Assembly: GCA_002495675.1 (NCBI GenBank)
Contig: DAGH01000021.1
Location: 8,318-72,317, forward strand
Origin: Euryarchaeota archaeon UBA182
GTDB lineage: Archaea > Thermoplasmatota > Poseidoniia > Poseidoniales > Thalassarchaeaceae
DNA: 64,000 bases
Reading direction: 5' to 3'
Shown one piece after another: positions 20,201 through 29,390 of this stretch. A program made the translations under genes and the position numbers. The notes beneath the pieces were generated by a model. It did no database searches. It worked only from the letters and a program-made list of their open reading frames with translations, and was not told the DNA's origin. Every line of letters begins with the position of its first letter. Within the stretch, counting starts at the first letter, position 1.

Positions 20201-22956
20201 GGGGAATCAACCCTCTGAATGGATCTGATGCATTCCAAAATCCAGATGGCGATGGCTATGATGTAAATGGAGACGGAAACCTCTCGATCGAAGAGCAATT
20301 TGTCAATTGGTTCGAGTATCACCTGAGAACGGAGATTCTGGTTGGGGGAGCGTGGTCTTTCTCTGAGATCCTCCCAGAAAATTTGGTGACATGGCTATTC
20401 AATTCTTCAGATGAAATAAGCGATCCACAAGGTTCATTTGGTGATTTAGCAAGCACCGAGGTGATCAGCCTTTTGACAGGAATTACCGAACTTGATGTTG
20501 GCTCCTCAGATCCAGTTTCTTCGGACACTGACTCAGATGGCATGCCAGATGGGTGGGAGGCTTACCATGCAAGATGGTCTGTTTTTGAGGATAAATGGAC
20601 ACTCAATCCTGTTAACGGTGATGATGATGTAGGTGATCCAGATGGAGATGGTTTGACTAATTGGGAGGAGTACAACTCAATCCAAGGTAACATGAGCGAA
20701 ATTGACCCACTCATCACAGCGCCCCAATTCTATCTCCTGAACAGCGGGGGAGATTGGCTCCCAACACCTTGGTTGACCGCAGACTCAACGGCGTCCTTTG
20801 GAGAATCGGCGAGACTGTTGCACCCAGACAGCCCGATTACAGCGGATCCAAATAATCCCGACACTGATGGTGACGGGTTGCTAGATGGGGTTGAGATGAT
20901 TTTTACAAAGTGGAATTATGAGGAGGAAACATGGACATTGAACCCACTGGTACCATCTGACGGATACTACGACTCAGATCGCGATGGCCTCACTGACTTG
21001 ATCGAATTGAACTTGACTAATACAAATCCCGAGAACGGTGCCCTAGCCCCTCCTGACGCTCCAAGGTTCCATGAAGAGGCATCGTCATTGGACGCACTTG
21101 AGTCAATGAATAGGGTGTACAGAGTCTTGTTTACCAAACAAGGCAGGGCACATATCGCAATTTCGCAATTCAACGAATGGCAGTCAGATGGCTTCATGAG
21201 GCCCTTATTGGCATCACTTGTTGGGGTATCCGATCCAAGTGAACAAGATACTGATCGCGATGGAATGAGTGATGGGTACGAATACTGGTTTACTGAGTGG
21301 GATCTAGAGGCAAATGAGTGGACCATCAATCCTCTGACTTCTACTGACATATATCGTGACTCTGATAGAGATTCATGGGATTGCAATGGGGATGGTACGA
21401 TCTCTCCCTCAGAGTCTTTCACTAATCTGGCGGAATATGAATCTCGAATCTATGGCAAGCTCCTCGCTGTCGACACCATACCTTCAGGATTGGGTACAGT
21501 CTCGTATGGCAATGATGCCATCAATGCTCTCAGGTTTGAGGGCGAGCTTTCAGAGGATGAGGCAATAGAAAGCCTCTATGACACCTTCTCTAGTAAGTCA
21601 GATCAATCCCTAGAAAGGATGGGCCTCATCAATCAATTTGATCCAGATAGCTTTAACCGAACCCTCCTTGGAATAAGCGACCCAACTAACGACGATTCTG
21701 ACATGGACGGCCTCCCGGATGGTTGGGAATATTGTTATTCTATCTTTGGACATTGGTTGCCCTTGCCAGAAACGCAATTGAGATGGTCATTAAACCCATT
21801 GAACCCGCTGGATGGCTCATACGATCCCGATTCAGATGGATGGTATGACAGGACGACCTCAGACGTAGCTGCTACTCAGGGAACTTGGGATAATCGAGTT
21901 TTCCAACCCTCAAATCTATCAGATCAGATCGACGCGGGCCCAACACCATTACTATTCACAAATCTGATGGAATACAGAAATGGTACATTGCCTCTATCTA
22001 ACGACACTGATCGAGATTCTCTCCTCATGGAACCAGAATTTTCTGTGACTGGTTCCGTAATCTCTTACAACAAAAACTACAATCTTTCAGATGGAAGAGA
22101 GATCCTGAAATACGGGACAAACCCGTTGGACAATGACACCGACGGCGATATGTTGCCTGATTTCTATGAGTATCATCTTGGTTGGAATGAAATGAATGAC
22201 AACTGGTCCTCATTGATGCAAATTGAGGTTGTCTGGCAACAAATCTCCTCCAACAGTTGGAAACCTGTAAACATAAATGGTGGCTCAATCATGAGGCCAA
22301 TCCTGAATTGGACATGGTTCACCCTAGATCCAACTGATCCTACCGACGTAGGTGGCGATGCTGACAAGGATGGCGATTATGAGTGTAATTTGGGGGGCTG
22401 TCAATACATCCCATATACGAATTTTCAAGAGTATTTTGGCATAGTAAATGCAACGCTGTCTTCACCGGCACTCGTAAGAGCGGCTCCCCTCGTTGATTGC
22501 AGAGGAAATGAAGTCGAGGAAGGATGGCAATTTAGAGAAGTAATCCTGGGTCTTTGTGGAAATGGCGGATCATTATCCACAAATTATCTCCGAATGAACA
22601 GGATAAGTCAGACCGACAACTTGTATGCGTTAATCATAGATGATAACGACCAAGACTACACTCAGATAGACACCTCTAATGACAATGTGATCATGAGTGG
22701 AAATTGGACCGACTCGTTCCAGAGATTTGCTGGCGATCAGTTCCATCTTCCGAACACCGGACTAGGCGAGTATCCATATGGTTGGTGGCTACTTGATCAC
22801 GATGGGGATTCAATCGCTGAGGGCACTAGCCCAACAAACTGGGACACTGATGGAGATTGGTTGAATGACAGGTTCGAAATTGCCGATGATCTCCTCGATG
22901 GCATACGAGGCAATTCAGGCTCGCCCATAAGATATGACGATAGAACAGTACCCTGA
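17212..22956 (+). CDS. Large secreted Ca-binding repeat protein (DxDxDG..DGWE repeats) with central beta-propeller-like region
   Basis: N-terminal signal/anchor MRRKQTAAFLAIIML. About 25 DxDxDG motifs (manual count). Propeller-like LLVGTDAGL, VWLGTPSGI, LLVGSRDGLW. Confidence 0.83.
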   Translation: MRRKQTAAFLAIIMLSSVLFLSQTRPQSPVGTTNPEEAIGGAPIAVDTDEDLIPDVHESAFSEPLRIATLEGDFTVTGLDPLDSTDNLSDYDRDGASALQEFCWPYSLESCFTTRLSLTGKSPEETESGFREYLDPRRSDTDGDGLPDGFEISMCTDGGAGYIDQASTAWVCLHFDPLDPRDAIEDPDQCLGLLEWGCGDGYDFDRDGILEPGERFTSSEEYRYAQPDGWIDERDGLWCQGPIPGITEGACQSMMESETGLPGWLGSDPRYPDSDTFAIVDGVPTPLAVSGDGITDGWEHHYGLDPRNASDAILDSDQDGWDSNRDGIVAPDNSIATSMWGEALSNYEEFKISQDDGYSVRPGLYLSSVERPLDADFLTETSQPRISDSAIVGTHVSENQGIVVIASKNGVTILDPLSYTTQIFDQPVPGTISDSLLISLADNSVALVLTSNLGIGAFQLTQEGLNLDSSIFLQSDPILSANPLSTSMGPGALLIFGKDGNVHTTRVNVDQGAISIENPTTVEVLEQTLRSRNATGSISLHVDRPGDTPLLLVGTDAGLIRWTTNDLSDTFGSPIWVYTRDNAETFVGIADLLNSSKSAVVNLLEPAGILTSNGQIGQVTGVWLGTPSGIHFIDLEDLIFDPLFAISNDRMFNPEAWLSGGNDVLSIEQIPGMLLVGSRDGLWALEGDGSGILGMIEPPVTMQGPISDVVSWISDGEQWIASGVESGQYMNIHPIDPTSPDSDYDGMPDGWEFYHGLDPTDPFDAPRDEDTDGFDVDGPFGFEAPWTNLDEFRYISISENGSNGTDPRLVDSDGDGLSDGEEYWGWFYDSTLFQCHYLSTGGPGTPQQICDESDGILARQVHLAGWLNSGSGGGTDVPTDPTNPDTDGDGMPDGWEVKNRRWIGVDYTGGNLWTLDPLDPSDANKDADGDGLTNACEYRWSVLLETVRENGLTTHGESAQSAASWVATDPNLIDSDGDSLPDGWEARYACSWNLNNRGINPLNGSDAFQNPDGDGYDVNGDGNLSIEEQFVNWFEYHLRTEILVGGAWSFSEILPENLVTWLFNSSDEISDPQGSFGDLASTEVISLLTGITELDVGSSDPVSSDTDSDGMPDGWEAYHARWSVFEDKWTLNPVNGDDDVGDPDGDGLTNWEEYNSIQGNMSEIDPLITAPQFYLLNSGGDWLPTPWLTADSTASFGESARLLHPDSPITADPNNPDTDGDGLLDGVEMIFTKWNYEEETWTLNPLVPSDGYYDSDRDGLTDLIELNLTNTNPENGALAPPDAPRFHEEASSLDALESMNRVYRVLFTKQGRAHIAISQFNEWQSDGFMRPLLASLVGVSDPSEQDTDRDGMSDGYEYWFTEWDLEANEWTINPLTSTDIYRDSDRDSWDCNGDGTISPSESFTNLAEYESRIYGKLLAVDTIPSGLGTVSYGNDAINALRFEGELSEDEAIESLYDTFSSKSDQSLERMGLINQFDPDSFNRTLLGISDPTNDDSDMDGLPDGWEYCYSIFGHWLPLPETQLRWSLNPLNPLDGSYDPDSDGWYDRTTSDVAATQGTWDNRVFQPSNLSDQIDAGPTPLLFTNLMEYRNGTLPLSNDTDRDSLLMEPEFSVTGSVISYNKNYNLSDGREILKYGTNPLDNDTDGDMLPDFYEYHLGWNEMNDNWSSLMQIEVVWQQISSNSWKPVNINGGSIMRPILNWTWFTLDPTDPTDVGGDADKDGDYECNLGGCQYIPYTNFQEYFGIVNATLSSPALVRAAPLVDCRGNEVEEGWQFREVILGLCGNGGSLSTNYLRMNRISQTDNLYALIIDDNDQDYTQIDTSNDNVIMSGNWTDSFQRFAGDQFHLPNTGLGEYPYGWWLLDHDGDSIAEGTSPTNWDTDGDWLNDRFEIADDLLDGIRGNSGSPIRYDDRTVP

Positions 22957-23437
22957 GGTGTCATTCTTGGACGATTCTGCTAAGATTCCAAGTCCCCAGC
23001 AACCGTTGGAGGAAAGAATCCTCTTCATACAGGAGAACATGGTCTCGTTCGTCAAACAATACAACATGCCCATCGTTGAAGTGGCATTGGTGATCTCAAA
23101 ATACATCAGGATCCTACTCGAGAAGCTACAGGAAATTGCAAATGATTCAGATGAGGAACTACCTTCGCATTTACTTTCCCCCACCCCATTCGACGGGGAC
23201 ATAAAGCCACCATTGATCGACTCATTTCCATTGGAAAGACTTCTGGATTCGCTGGATGAAGACAGGATGGACATCCTAGACACATTGATGAGAACCGCAA
23301 TCAACGCCGTAGAGGCCCCTTTTTCATCTGCACTAGCCCTATTTCGCGATTGGGAGATGCTAATCAGGACGCAGTTGTCAGAGTCTAGGAGCCCAGGGCA
23401 CTTATTCAGCCCAATGAAATTTCCTGAGGATTTCTGA
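22934..23437 (+). CDS. Hypothetical cytoplasmic helical protein with internal two-fold repeat
   Basis: 167-aa ORF filling the gap, overlapping the upstream stop. PSHLLSP / PGHLFSP repeated. Confidence 0.7.
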   Translation: MTIEQYPEVSFLDDSAKIPSPQQPLEERILFIQENMVSFVKQYNMPIVEVALVISKYIRILLEKLQEIANDSDEELPSHLLSPTPFDGDIKPPLIDSFPLERLLDSLDEDRMDILDTLMRTAINAVEAPFSSALALFRDWEMLIRTQLSESRSPGHLFSPMKFPEDF

Positions 23438-23439
23438 GG

Positions 23440-23775
23440 TCAATTCGACCGCCCAGAAACAATCCCGTTCGAGACCCACCAAGAATCAATGATGGACCAA
23501 GCGTAGATTAGTGGCCAAAGCACTATAGTCAGAAGAAGTGGGAGTTGGAGGATGAACCACCACGCTCCTTTTCTGTGCTGCCTGTTGAAATGTTGCCCGA
23601 GGTACAGGAAGGGCACGATCGCCAGCAAAATCGAGAACGCAGGCCGCAGGGCCCCCCATGGACCTATTCCCCCGCTGAGCTCATTCCAAATCGCTCTCAA
23701 AACACCTAAGGGGGTGGCCCTAGCAGGAGGCTTCGAGTCGACACTAACGGTGAGCTCGGTTGGGACCATGGTCAT
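23440..23775 (-). CDS. Hypothetical membrane protein
   Basis: Two hydrophobic segments and a YLGQHFN...W..SI.D TM2-like pattern. Confidence 0.7.
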   Translation of the reverse strand: MTMVPTELTVSVDSKPPARATPLGVLRAIWNELSGGIGPWGALRPAFSILLAIVPFLYLGQHFNRQHRKGAWWFILQLPLLLTIVLWPLIYAWSIIDSWWVSNGIVSGRSN

Positions 23776-23830
23776 CGAGAAGTCTCATTCAACAAATAAT
23801 TGATCCTATTTTTTTGCGGGAGGGACTATC

Positions 23831-24823
23831 CTGGACAACAACCAAAATGACAGAAAAATATTGGTGACTGGATTTGAGCCCTTCGACGGAATGACCTCTA
23901 ATCACTCTTGGGATGTCGCCAAGGCCTCCGCAGCGGGGTCCATGGCCAACTTCTTGACCACCAAGATTCTATCTGTAGACGAAGCCGGCTCATTGCAACC
24001 AAGTAAGGAGATTCTATCGGGATCCTTCACCGGGGCACTACTGCTTGGTGTCGCGTACGAAAGATCTGATGTCTGTATCGAAATCCGAGCTGAGAACAAA
24101 TTGGATATGAAAAAAGAAGATAATTCTGGGAGGAAAATACACGGGATTGTTGAGGACGAGGCCCAGAATCACCTTGAAACGACTTACAGCAGGCATCTAT
24201 TGGATGAATTGGTAGAAGAGCATGATGATCTAAAAATAAGTCATGATTGCGGCAATTTTGTCTGCAATGAGACGTATTTTCGAACTTTATCGACGGAAAT
24301 AAAAAACAGGGAAGGAGGTGAGAAGATCCCCATCTTATTTGTCCATTTACCACCAATCGAGAGAATTTCGTTTGATAGACAGGTTATTTTGGTGAGAACA
24401 TTGTTGAAAAGTATGATTTCCATCCCCAAGATGGACGTCGTGGGGGCGTTGATCAGAGATGAACTGGGAAGAGTCCTAGCCTGCAGAAGACCCCCGAAGG
24501 ATCAATGGTCTGGATACTGGGAATTTCCTGGAGGGAAAATCGCTGAGGGCGAGTCTGAACGTGCCGCTGTGGAAAGAGAGATTCTAGAGGAGTTGAGCAT
24601 ATCTGTTTCTGCCATGGACGAAGTTGCCAGAATTTCCCACAGATATGAGGACAGGATAGTGGATCTGAGGATTATTGATTGTGGCGTCGTCGATCCAAAT
24701 TCGATAATTCTCATGGAACATGATATGTCAAGATGGTTGGAGAAGGATGAATTAGATGATGTGAACTGGCTGCCCGCAGATCTACCAATTATCACAGAAT
24801 GGATGAATGAAGGCATACCTTGA
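23831..24823 (+). CDS. Pyroglutamyl-peptidase I (C15) - NUDIX (MutT-like) fusion; start uncertain
   Basis: KILVTGFEPF, IEIRAEN (Glu), GNFVCN (Cys), FVHLP (His), then WEFPGGKIAEGESERAAVEREILEEL Nudix box and WLPAD. Confidence 0.85.
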   Translation: MDNNQNDRKILVTGFEPFDGMTSNHSWDVAKASAAGSMANFLTTKILSVDEAGSLQPSKEILSGSFTGALLLGVAYERSDVCIEIRAENKLDMKKEDNSGRKIHGIVEDEAQNHLETTYSRHLLDELVEEHDDLKISHDCGNFVCNETYFRTLSTEIKNREGGEKIPILFVHLPPIERISFDRQVILVRTLLKSMISIPKMDVVGALIRDELGRVLACRRPPKDQWSGYWEFPGGKIAEGESERAAVEREILEELSISVSAMDEVARISHRYEDRIVDLRIIDCGVVDPNSIILMEHDMSRWLEKDELDDVNWLPADLPIITEWMNEGIP

Positions 24824-24824
24824 G

Positions 24825-25313
24825 CTATTTCCTTCGTTTCGAGACCCAGACAGACGAGCTTCCATCCTCCTTCATAGAAGAGTCATCGTTCGGGTATCGA
24901 GGATATTCTTCTCTCCCTTGGTGATACGTGAGTTCAGTGAGGTAGAGATCCAGATTTTCATGTGTGACAGTCACATCAATGCATCCTCCCACTGGTGGTT
25001 CCTCTAAGACGAAGGAGCACCTTCCTACGCTTGCAGCTTGCCTTGATAGTGAAAAATGGGTTGTATTGCCCTCAGAGTGCAGCGTCATTGCATCCAACGC
25101 AGTGTCCAAAATTCTGTGCTTCCTACAATTTTCAATTATTCCATCGAGGCTCCCTACATCAGATATCATCCTAGTGGGGGTTGAATCTGAAGGGAATTTA
25201 TTCCTAGGTGGAATTTCCCCTGGATGCCAATCTGGAAAGAATTGTCGAGTCGCGACCACAACTAATTCTGGATGTTCGTGAGGAAGAAGAGTGGTTGCTA
25301 CGACGATCCTCAT
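24825..25313 (-). CDS. UPF0201/DUF54 family putative RNA-binding protein
   Basis: LLPHEHPE, RILDTA, LSRQAASVGRCSF resemble DUF54 motifs. Confidence 0.7.
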   Translation of the reverse strand: MRIVVATTLLPHEHPELVVVATRQFFPDWHPGEIPPRNKFPSDSTPTRMISDVGSLDGIIENCRKHRILDTALDAMTLHSEGNTTHFSLSRQAASVGRCSFVLEEPPVGGCIDVTVTHENLDLYLTELTYHQGREEYPRYPNDDSSMKEDGSSSVWVSKRRK

Positions 25314-25393
25314 GAAAACACCAGAGCACATGATGTACATCATATCTACCGTCAACAAGTCACATTCATTGCAATGAAGTGTCACGGATGACC

Positions 25394-26059
25394 ATGGCCA
25401 ACAGATCCTTTCCGGTTTCAGTAGCATTGCTGTTCACACCCACAATTATTCTGCTGGCAATCAGAATGATATTGCCCACGGTCGATTCTATTTTAGATTC
25501 GGATAGAAATAGCACGATGATACTCCACGGAAGCGCATTTTTCATCGGAATTTTATTGCTGTTTAGGGGCAATAAAAGCAAGGACCATGAATATCTGAGA
25601 TCGAGTGCAATTAACAGACTCAACAAAATTTACAATCAGGAGGACGCAGGCTTATGGTCGAGAGCGGATGAAGCGTTGGCAAAGCTTGAGACAAGGAAAA
25701 CTAGGGGAAGGAAAATGAATATTCCCGCTAAAGTATCCAGCATCAACAAGGAATCTATCGAACTCGACATAGGAGAGAAAGAGCCAGTTGACATTAGGGT
25801 AGGCGGAGTGAATCTCGCTTTCGACGCAGGATACGGGAATAATGAGAAAGGGGCTCAACGAATCCCTGAGGAGCCGGCTAAAACACGGGGTTTATTCGGG
25901 TGGGTGGACAGGCGGGCAGAAAAAATAGCCACCAAGAGGGCCAAGAGAGGAAAAATCAAGGCTGAGGTGGATGCGAAGGTCCCTGGTGTGTGCAGAGTCT
26001 GTGGAATACCCCAGAATGAGAGTGGGGCTAATTGTGCATATTGTGGAGCAAGTAAGTAA
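25394..26059 (+). CDS. Hypothetical membrane protein with C-terminal zinc ribbon
   Basis: Two N-terminal TM helices and CRVCG...NCAYCG. TTCATT at -29 supports ATG 25394. Confidence 0.72.
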   Translation: MANRSFPVSVALLFTPTIILLAIRMILPTVDSILDSDRNSTMILHGSAFFIGILLLFRGNKSKDHEYLRSSAINRLNKIYNQEDAGLWSRADEALAKLETRKTRGRKMNIPAKVSSINKESIELDIGEKEPVDIRVGGVNLAFDAGYGNNEKGAQRIPEEPAKTRGLFGWVDRRAEKIATKRAKRGKIKAEVDAKVPGVCRVCGIPQNESGANCAYCGASK

Positions 26060-26111
26060 AGCCTGCGTCGGATTGAAAGAGAACCCCCCTGAGCAATAGT
26101 ACGGGGTTCGC

Positions 26112-27245
26112 ATGGCAAAGAGGGACTACTACGAGGTTCTAGGACTTGATCGTAATGCGAGTTCAGATGATATAAAAAGAGCATTCCGATCATTAGCAAG
26201 AAAATTTCACCCGGATAAGAACCCTGACGATCCCGACTCGGAATCCAAATTCAAAGAAGTACAAGAAGCATATGCAATTCTATCCAATCCGGATGAGAAA
26301 TCGAAGTACGATAGATATGGTCACAACAGGCCAGGGGGGAACCCATTTGGCCCCGATGGCTTCCAAGGAGTTGACATCAACATCGAAGATCTATTCGGAG
26401 GAGGTTTTGAGAGTATCTTCGGAAGTATTTTCGGAGGACGCAGGTCTAGTCGGAGTGAGAGAGGTTCGGACCTTCTATACAGACACTCCATATCATTCGA
26501 AGAGGCCTTCTCGGGTTTAGATGCTGATATTGATATCGAAGTCATGTCTATTTGCGAGTCATGTGATGGCTCAGGGGCCCTGACTCCCGATGATGTAGAA
26601 GTCTGTGCTACCTGTGAGGGCCATGGCCGACTCAGAAGAATGCAAAGGGTGGGCCCATTTACACAGCAAGTCGTTTCAGATTGCCCTGCTTGCAATGGAA
26701 AAGGGAGCACAATCGCGAGGAGCTGCACATCCTGCAGGGGGAACGGCCGGGTAAACAAAAACAAGAAGGTTAGGTTCTCCATACCTCCGGGTATTGAGTC
26801 CGGGACCCGCTTGAGGATGAGCGGGTATGGTGAGGCTTCAAGGGATGCCAAGGGCCCCTCTGGCCACTTATACATCGAAATATCTCACAAGAGCCACAAG
26901 TGGTTTGAAAGGGATGGTAGCGACCTCTTGATGGCCCTACCAATCAACTTCGTTGATTTAACCCTTGGATGCGAACTTGAATTGCCCCACATAGACGGTG
27001 AAGATCTGAAAATCAGGGTCCCAAAAGGGTCAATGCCTGGAGACACTGTATCGATCAAAGGGAGGGGGTTCCCAAACAACCGTCGCACTGGTAGGGGGGA
27101 TGTCACTGTGGTTTTGAGGTTGAAATCCGCAGGGAAAATATCAAGGAAGGCTAAAAAGGTCCTTGAAGAGCTAAGAGAATTGATAGATGATGGTAAGGAA
27201 ACCCAGGAATCGGCAATAGATGAAGCAAAACGAAGACGGAGGTAA
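26112..27245 (+). CDS. dnaJ: Chaperone DnaJ
   Basis: DYYEVLG, HPD, G/F region, four CxxCxGxG repeats. Confidence 0.97.
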   Translation: MAKRDYYEVLGLDRNASSDDIKRAFRSLARKFHPDKNPDDPDSESKFKEVQEAYAILSNPDEKSKYDRYGHNRPGGNPFGPDGFQGVDINIEDLFGGGFESIFGSIFGGRRSSRSERGSDLLYRHSISFEEAFSGLDADIDIEVMSICESCDGSGALTPDDVEVCATCEGHGRLRRMQRVGPFTQQVVSDCPACNGKGSTIARSCTSCRGNGRVNKNKKVRFSIPPGIESGTRLRMSGYGEASRDAKGPSGHLYIEISHKSHKWFERDGSDLLMALPINFVDLTLGCELELPHIDGEDLKIRVPKGSMPGDTVSIKGRGFPNNRRTGRGDVTVVLRLKSAGKISRKAKKVLEELRELIDDGKETQESAIDEAKRRRR

Positions 27246-29390
27246 TCATCTCCATGCCAATGCGTCTCTTGGCACAATCGCCACAGATTCACCCTTTACT
27301 CTCCCTGTGACCTCAATTTCTACAATTTCAGGAATTGGGTCCAATTTTAACTGGGACATAATGGTCTGCCCGTCTTTTAAGTCGCCCAACATAACTTCAT
27401 CATCGCTGAATATCGATTCCAATGATATCTCGACAATTTTGGATCGAGTACCGCCAGGGTACGATAACCTAAGGCATGCTAGTTTCCAATCAACTTTAGC
27501 ATGAATGCCGAATGTTAGTATCCCTTCCTTTGCATCATCGAGCCATATCCCAATGTCTCCCATAGGGTTTGAAACCGTGACATTGGTAGTATCCATGTCA
27601 GGCAGGCCCTTTTCAATGAGGAAACTCGCTCTCGATGTGGTTAAACCATGTCCATGAAAACTCTTTAGCGCACCCTCTACATCTCCTTCGGACTCTCTCC
27701 TCCTTAATTCATCCACTATACTCTCGATGGCATCTCTATCAAAAGGATCTACGGGGCCTCTACCGAATATTCTATTGATAATTTCCCTCCTCATGAAGAA
27801 TGCTACCAAGACAGAGGGCGCCAAGAGGAAAAGCCCTGCGAAAATGTAGTAGGGCGTAGCCTTCGAGGAAAGGTCTACAAAAACTCCAGAATCTATAGGC
27901 TGGGATTGGCTTGCAGAAATAAGAAATGAGTAAGCTCCCCCGTCTTGGGGAGACCCCTCAATCCTAATTGCATGGACTCCCATCGGAAGAAATAGTTGAG
28001 ATCCATTGCTTGAATTTTTAATATGGTAAGTCCCTGATTGGGTTAATTGTTGTATCTGTATACTTGCTGACCCAGATTCTGCTACAGCGCGGATTAGTGA
28101 TCCTGACTCGGAACTTATAGAAATTAGATAAGTATCTATCATGTCCATTCCAAACACATCTCCTTGAAGTCGATATGTCGATACATCGGGACCTGATTCA
28201 TTCAAATCAACAGCAATAATAGGCCAATAATCGATATCGGCATTATACGTTGGCAAGATATCAGGAGCGTCACCGAGGTATACTGAATCCCTGCCTGATA
28301 ACAATCCTGAGAAATCAGTTGAGTTTGATGTAAGCTCTATCTCTCCAGAATAGGTCATTGGGACCATCATATGGAATCTAATTTCCAGTGAAATGGCCCT
28401 TGAAGATGTAATTCCATTATTTTGACCGAGATCTTCCGAAACATCGCCGTTCAACAGGTGTTCGTGAATGGAAATGAATGAGTCATTATTTTCAGAGTTG
28501 AGAATCTGAATCTCATAGGTAAAACGACCGCCAGCAGGTATCAAAATAGAATCCACGTCACTTTGTTTATGACTAATTCCTACAAATTTGAAATTGGATT
28601 TAGGCTGATAAATTCTACCCGATGACTGTTTGTGCGTTGATGGGGCGTCTTTTTCATTGTGGGAGACAAATACACTCGCCATGTACACCGAATCTCTTCG
28701 ATCCAGCTCTACTGAAGAAACCACCATCCATATTTCCTCTTCAGAGCCGGCTACTACGGTCAGACCGCTAATTTCATGGATACCATCTTGGAGGGTGCTG
28801 GTTAACCTCTCGATCATTAATCGTGATCCATTGGATGCGATTTTCCAAAATTCAATTATAGCTGGGGCTTCTGATCGGAATTCTTCTATGTAGGTAGAGC
28901 TGTTCGCAGAAATTAACCAATAATCACTATCTCCTCCAGTGTTTAACCATCCAGACATTCTCTTGGTTGTAAGTTTCGACATGTCACATATTGAGTCAGT
29001 GCAACCATCTGTGATGGGCAGACTGTTGTTGAGGCTGGCCGTCGTCAACGAGCTCCCAATGTCCCCTGTCTCATGGATGTAGTCAGGGTCAGAAGTTAAT
29101 ACTCTCGCATGGGCGATTCCAGATGCACCGGGAGCCCTGACAACTCGGTAATCAAGTACCCCCTCTGCATTGCCAGACCACGAAAAACTATCTTCAAAGG
29201 TTGAATTGAATTCTGAAATAACCTCCAATGTATAACCTGAACAACTTCCCTGATCACAAACTAAAGTGATGTAGGTTGGGCCTGATACCAATGCGCTCTG
29301 AACATCAGAGTCTGGGTTTTGGGCGGATGAGATTGGACCGACTAACAATGAAATAACAACAATCACAACCATTGGGACCGCGCATCTCAT
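27246..29390 (-). CDS. Secreted/membrane protein with repeated PPC-like modules, TM and cytoplasmic domain
   Basis: Signal peptide. Repeated DSDYW / DVDSI / MIDTY motifs. TM YYIFAGLFLLAP. Confidence 0.7.
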   Translation of the reverse strand: MRCAVPMVVIVVISLLVGPISSAQNPDSDVQSALVSGPTYITLVCDQGSCSGYTLEVISEFNSTFEDSFSWSGNAEGVLDYRVVRAPGASGIAHARVLTSDPDYIHETGDIGSSLTTASLNNSLPITDGCTDSICDMSKLTTKRMSGWLNTGGDSDYWLISANSSTYIEEFRSEAPAIIEFWKIASNGSRLMIERLTSTLQDGIHEISGLTVVAGSEEEIWMVVSSVELDRRDSVYMASVFVSHNEKDAPSTHKQSSGRIYQPKSNFKFVGISHKQSDVDSILIPAGGRFTYEIQILNSENNDSFISIHEHLLNGDVSEDLGQNNGITSSRAISLEIRFHMMVPMTYSGEIELTSNSTDFSGLLSGRDSVYLGDAPDILPTYNADIDYWPIIAVDLNESGPDVSTYRLQGDVFGMDMIDTYLISISSESGSLIRAVAESGSASIQIQQLTQSGTYHIKNSSNGSQLFLPMGVHAIRIEGSPQDGGAYSFLISASQSQPIDSGVFVDLSSKATPYYIFAGLFLLAPSVLVAFFMRREIINRIFGRGPVDPFDRDAIESIVDELRRRESEGDVEGALKSFHGHGLTTSRASFLIEKGLPDMDTTNVTVSNPMGDIGIWLDDAKEGILTFGIHAKVDWKLACLRLSYPGGTRSKIVEISLESIFSDDEVMLGDLKDGQTIMSQLKLDPIPEIVEIEVTGRVKGESVAIVPRDALAWR

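Noticed and set aside
17350..22900. Recurrent GATGG-rich nucleotide repeats as CRISPR or tandem array
   Set aside because: Degenerate and irregularly spaced. They reflect DxDxDG codons.
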